Positions 1-64,000 of a DNA stretch of 64,000 nt are shown here, piece after piece. The stretch is from NCBI RefSeq assembly GCF_009914755.1, contig NC_060926.1. One strand, written 5' to 3'. Both the position numbers and the translations under genes were made by a program. The DNA is from the human T2T-CHM13v2.0 reference genome, Homo sapiens. The notes under the pieces are model-generated. The model was not told the origin of the DNA, did not search any database, and saw nothing but the letters and a program-made list of their open reading frames with translations. The stretch's first letter is position 1, and each line of letters begins with the position of its first letter.

Positions 1-60
1 TACATAATACTTTCAAATGACATACTGCAACCTCTGTTATTCTCATCTATATACCATTCA

Positions 61-424
<364 letters not shown>

Positions 425-699
425 AATGCAGGTTGATTGATTCATGTAAGAGATACAGACACAATGCTAGGAGTACATGAAACAATGGAGACTCAAATGC
501 CAAAAACAATGGAAATAATGTTGCAGATGTACAACAAAATCCAAATTATATTATAAATGTGACCACCTTTATGTTTAGAATTTCAAAGAATGTATTAAAT
601 GAATTTTTTCACAAAATATACACTACACATTTTACAGTCAATTTTGATATTAGTTTTATTTACATGCAGATATGAGGGAAAGAAATCCTTACTACTTAC

Positions 700-704
700 C
701 GTTG
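700..704 (-). other. candidate 5-nt microexon CAACG in ROCK2 intron 32
   Basis: ttttgtcatag|CAACG|gtaagt; no AG on the minus strand from 707 to 811; TGCATG and ACTAAT just downstream. Confidence 0.55.
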
Positions 705-2083
705 CTATGACAAAATGTGTTTTTTAAAAAAATCAATGAAGAATGATTCACAGGGCAAGGCCAGAAGTTTTTAAAAAAAAAAAAAAGTAACAAAAATCAA
801 AAGTAAATGTACTCTCAAATAGACCATAATGCTGATTTGGACTGGGAAAGGAAGGTATTTGTAAGTCAGTGTACATAAAAACAGCCTGTTACATAACTGG
901 GAGCGTGCCTCATAAACTAATTCCATATATGTTATCGTATGTAGTGAAATCATTAATGTGTCAAATAGCACAAAAGAAAAAAATGTATCAAAAGGATATT
1001 TGGAGTTATTATAGTTCTAGATCTAGACAAACCCCTTCTGGAGTCTTAATCAAAAACAAATATAACAATACCTATTCTATTCCATAGGACTATTTTAAAG
1101 AGCAAATGAGATAATATATAAGAAGTTAAATGAGAGAAAAGAATACACAGAGAAGTACTTTGGAAACTGAAATCACTACACACTATAAGGTATTAAAATA
1201 CCATTTAAGCATTAATAGTTCTACAATATTAATAATAGAAATTTAATTTTCAGATGTTTTACAGAAGGCACTTGAAATGGCCTTCAGTGTCTCTGAATTC
1301 TGAGTTTCTTTAGCTTTAGTCAATAATCATTAATTTTGTTTAGTTTTATCATACCTCACACAAAATATTCAACATTTTCACTGCTGAAACACCAATTCTG
1401 CCTTTGTCATTCTAAATTATTTCCTTGAGAGATTAGTTTCAGAAAGTTTCATCTAAGATGTTTGTGATTAGAATTTCTGACAATACAGCCAATGCTATCA
1501 ATATTCATATACTGAAGGTCCTGTGTTAGGGAACCAAAAGGATACCTGAAATCAGATACCTGATCAAAGGATATGCTTTTTCCTTTAGCTAACCAAATTC
1601 TTGTGTTCATTTCATGTTCAATGGATAGCAATGTTTATAAATGCTGAAGTAGTTAGTAAGCCAAGAAATGGCTATTGTGAATCACGATATTTAACTAAAG
1701 GACTTTCACATAGCTATCCGAAAATGGCTCCATCAAAATGTTTTTGTGCATAATGATCATCCCTGACCTTACTCCATTTTCCTAACTCTACCTCAATTCC
1801 AAGGAATAACCACTTTACCCATTAGCTAATATTTGCATTTTTAAAGCTGGTCTATGTTGCTGTTAAAATCACACTCAAGTTACTGTTTTAAATTTATAGA
1901 TTTGATTTAAAACTTAAGCTGATTTTAAACCTGCCTCCCAAGTCACCCAACATAATAAAAGCTTATAATATGAAACACAGTGTGTGCACTTGACAATGTG
2001 AGGTCTGTGTACAATGTTAATTCTATCTTTTAAGTTATTAAATTACTCAAGTGCTTATAAAAGCTGAAAATTATATTATTATA

Positions 2084-2288
2084 CAGTAAGTCCTCACTGG
2101 ACATCATCGACAGGTTCTTGGAAAGTATGACTTTAAGCTAAATGAAGTATAACAAAACCATTTTCTTCTCATCAAGGTTATAACAGAACAATTTTGAAGG
2201 AAACAACTTAATTCCAGGACCAGCCATTATTTTGCTTAAAGTTGTAAGTTCTAAGAACCTATGGACAATGTTAAGTGAGGATTTATTG
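2084..2288. mobile_element. TcMar-Tigger MITE (MER6B-like)
   Basis: TIRs CAGTAAGTCCTCACT / AGTGAGGATTTATTG flanked by TA. Confidence 0.8.
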
Positions 2289-2551
2289 TACAAATAAACA
2301 TAACAAAAATCTTTAAAGATTTTTGGTTGAATTTACTGTATGTGTGTGATTTAGTAAGTAAGTTTATATTACTTTCATCTGAATCGATGAACATGACATG
2401 CACATTAAGACAGTTCCAACATTTGGTATTCCATAGTTAACTAAAATACAAAGCAAAGGAAAACTAATTAGGAAAATTTGTAGTTTGAACATAAATAGCA
2501 AAATATTTTAATAGACTTTTTTTTTTTCCTTACCACATTTTAGTTTATTAC

Positions 2552-60562
<58,011 letters not shown>

Positions 60563-61249
60563 TTATGAGAGAAAGGTAAATAGATGATACTATAATGCTA
60601 TTATTAAAGACTTCAGTTACAAAAAAATGGTCCTTAGCTAATAAAAAGTAAAAGCAAAACATTTTTAATGAAAGAAACAAAGGAGAACATTTCTAACAAC
60701 CTAAGTATTTTATGAAATATGTAATACTTTTAAACACTAAATTCAATATACAACTCTCTCATTTCAACTAAATGAAGGTAAATTCGTGAAGCTTCATTCT
60801 CTCATATTAATTAAGCTAACCAACTTTAAGAATGAGATATTGTTAAATAAGAAACTTAAAATATATGTCTACTGAAAAAAAACCATTTATGTAAGTAGTC
60901 TGAAAGATCAATGTATACACATCCCTCACTATCTGCCCGTAAGAACCTAATAAATTTAGATATCAAGGGATACCTATGATTTTGTTAAGTCACTCTTATT
61001 TCTCTTTAGGTGCCCTAATTAAAGGGTTTTTTTGTTTGTTTGTGTTTTAGGAAAAAAATACTACCAATGATGAGGTCATTTGACCAATTTCTATGTTTCC
61101 AATTAGACTGCAAATTTCATAAAGGCAAGAAGATTGTCTATTTTTGACCACCCTTTTAATTCCAAGAACATAGCAAATTGTTCACCAGAGAGCCAATAAA
61201 TATTTAATGAATGATTATAACAGTTAACATTTATTAGATAAGTAACAAC

Positions 61250-62230
61250 TGCTAACACGAATACTTGGATGTCTAATAGGATGCCTAAAACTGAAACTCC
61301 TAATCTTCACCCGAATTTATTCCTCCCACAGTTATTCCCCGTTTCAGTAAATGGTAAAATGGTAGCTTCATCCTTCTAGTTGCTCTAGCTAAAAAAACCT
61401 CTGGCACCTCTTTTTCTCTCAAACAACTTATCAAATTTATCAGCAAATCCTGTCAGTTCTACCTTCAAGAAGTTTCAGAATCCAACCATTTCTAACTACC
61501 TCCACTGATACCACCCTGGTTCAACATATTTTATTTCAATTCCCAACTTGTTTCCCTGCTGTCACTCTCTCTTATCCACAGCCTAGTCATCCTTCTAGAA
61601 TATAAACCATTTCCTGTCATTCCTCTGCTTAAAACCCCCTAACTACTTCCCATATCATCTCTGCATGTTCCCTCTGCCTGGAATCACCTCCTGTAGCTGG
61701 CTCAATCCCTCACTTCCTTAAATCCCTGTTCAAATCATACCTTCTCAATGAGGTCTACTCTGATCAATCTACTTAAACTTTCAGCTCACTATTCCCTTCT
61801 GCTGCCAGCATATTACATATTAGCTCACCATCCCCTTCTGCTGCCAGCATATTCCATATTCCATTCTCTGTGTCATGTTTTTGCTTCATCGTACTTATTA
61901 CCATCTTACATCCCATTTTTAACTTATTTATCACCTATTTCTCAGCACCAGAATATAAACCCAATGAAGTCAAGGATTTCTGTGTTTGGTTCAATGTTTA
62001 ATCCCCATTGCCTAGTATAATGTCTGGCACATAATAACCTTTCAATAAATATCTGCTGAAAGAACAGATTTACTAAGTACTTGGCATGTGCCAGGCACTG
62101 TGTGTTTTGATACATATATTATCTTACTTAATCTTCATTCCCAGTGAGGTATTATTTCCCCATACTACAAATGGGAAATCTGAGGCACAGAGACATCAAA
62201 CTGCCCAAGGGCTATATAGATAGTAAGCAG
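61250..62230. mobile_element. L2 followed by MIR
   Basis: tgtctggcacataataaccttcaataaatatctgctgaa; gaaatctgaggcacagag. Confidence 0.7.
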
Positions 62231-63706
<1,476 letters not shown>

Positions 63707-64000
63707 TTTAAAGGTAATCTGCAGGCAGAATCTATACTTATTTCTACATATGTTATGTACACAATTAGGATGATTTTACCAAACAGGGCTAGATTACATC
63801 TGTCCACCCAGTATTCCATCCAGTTGGTGCTCCTTTTTACTCAGAGTATGCCAGTTTTTGTACAACAAATTATATAGTTACCCTATTCAGCGATGGAAGA
63901 AAGAAGAAGAAATCAAGCACCTTACCATTGTCTACAGGGTCCTAAATGATCTAGCCTATGTCCACCTTCCCGACTTAAATCTTGTCATTTTCTTCCCATT

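Noticed and set aside
60780-60792. aaattcgtgaagc matches the U6 3' region
   Set aside because: Only 13 nt, flanks do not extend; likely chance

Overview
Human genomic DNA (AT-rich, Alu/L1/L2/MIR-rich) holding most of ROCK2 (Rho-associated coiled-coil kinase 2) on the minus strand. I traced 29 canonical coding exons by hand, conventionally exons 4-32, all with GT-AG boundaries and consistent phases. They run from kinase subdomain II through the coiled coil, Rho-binding domain and split PH/C1 domain to ...NKP. Exons 1-3 and terminal exon 33 lie outside the window. The known 171-nt muscle exon 27' (ROCK2m) is present with downstream RBFOX/QKI motifs. The most notable new signals: (1) a candidate 5-nt frameshifting microexon (CAACG, 700-704) in the last intron, with a ~105-nt AG-free zone, a consensus donor and the same RBFOX+QKI signature, which would swap the C-terminus; (2) a stop codon and AATAAA overlapping the exon 32 donor; (3) three cryptic/poison exon candidates in intron 30; (4) a ~125-bp-arm inverted duplication in intron 5; (5) a near-consensus AluYa5/Ya4 insertion. 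The haplotype carries Asn at codon 431, and there is a retroposed U6 pseudogene. Exon numbering relies on recalled ROCK2 structure. Repeat subfamily calls and boundaries are by eye.
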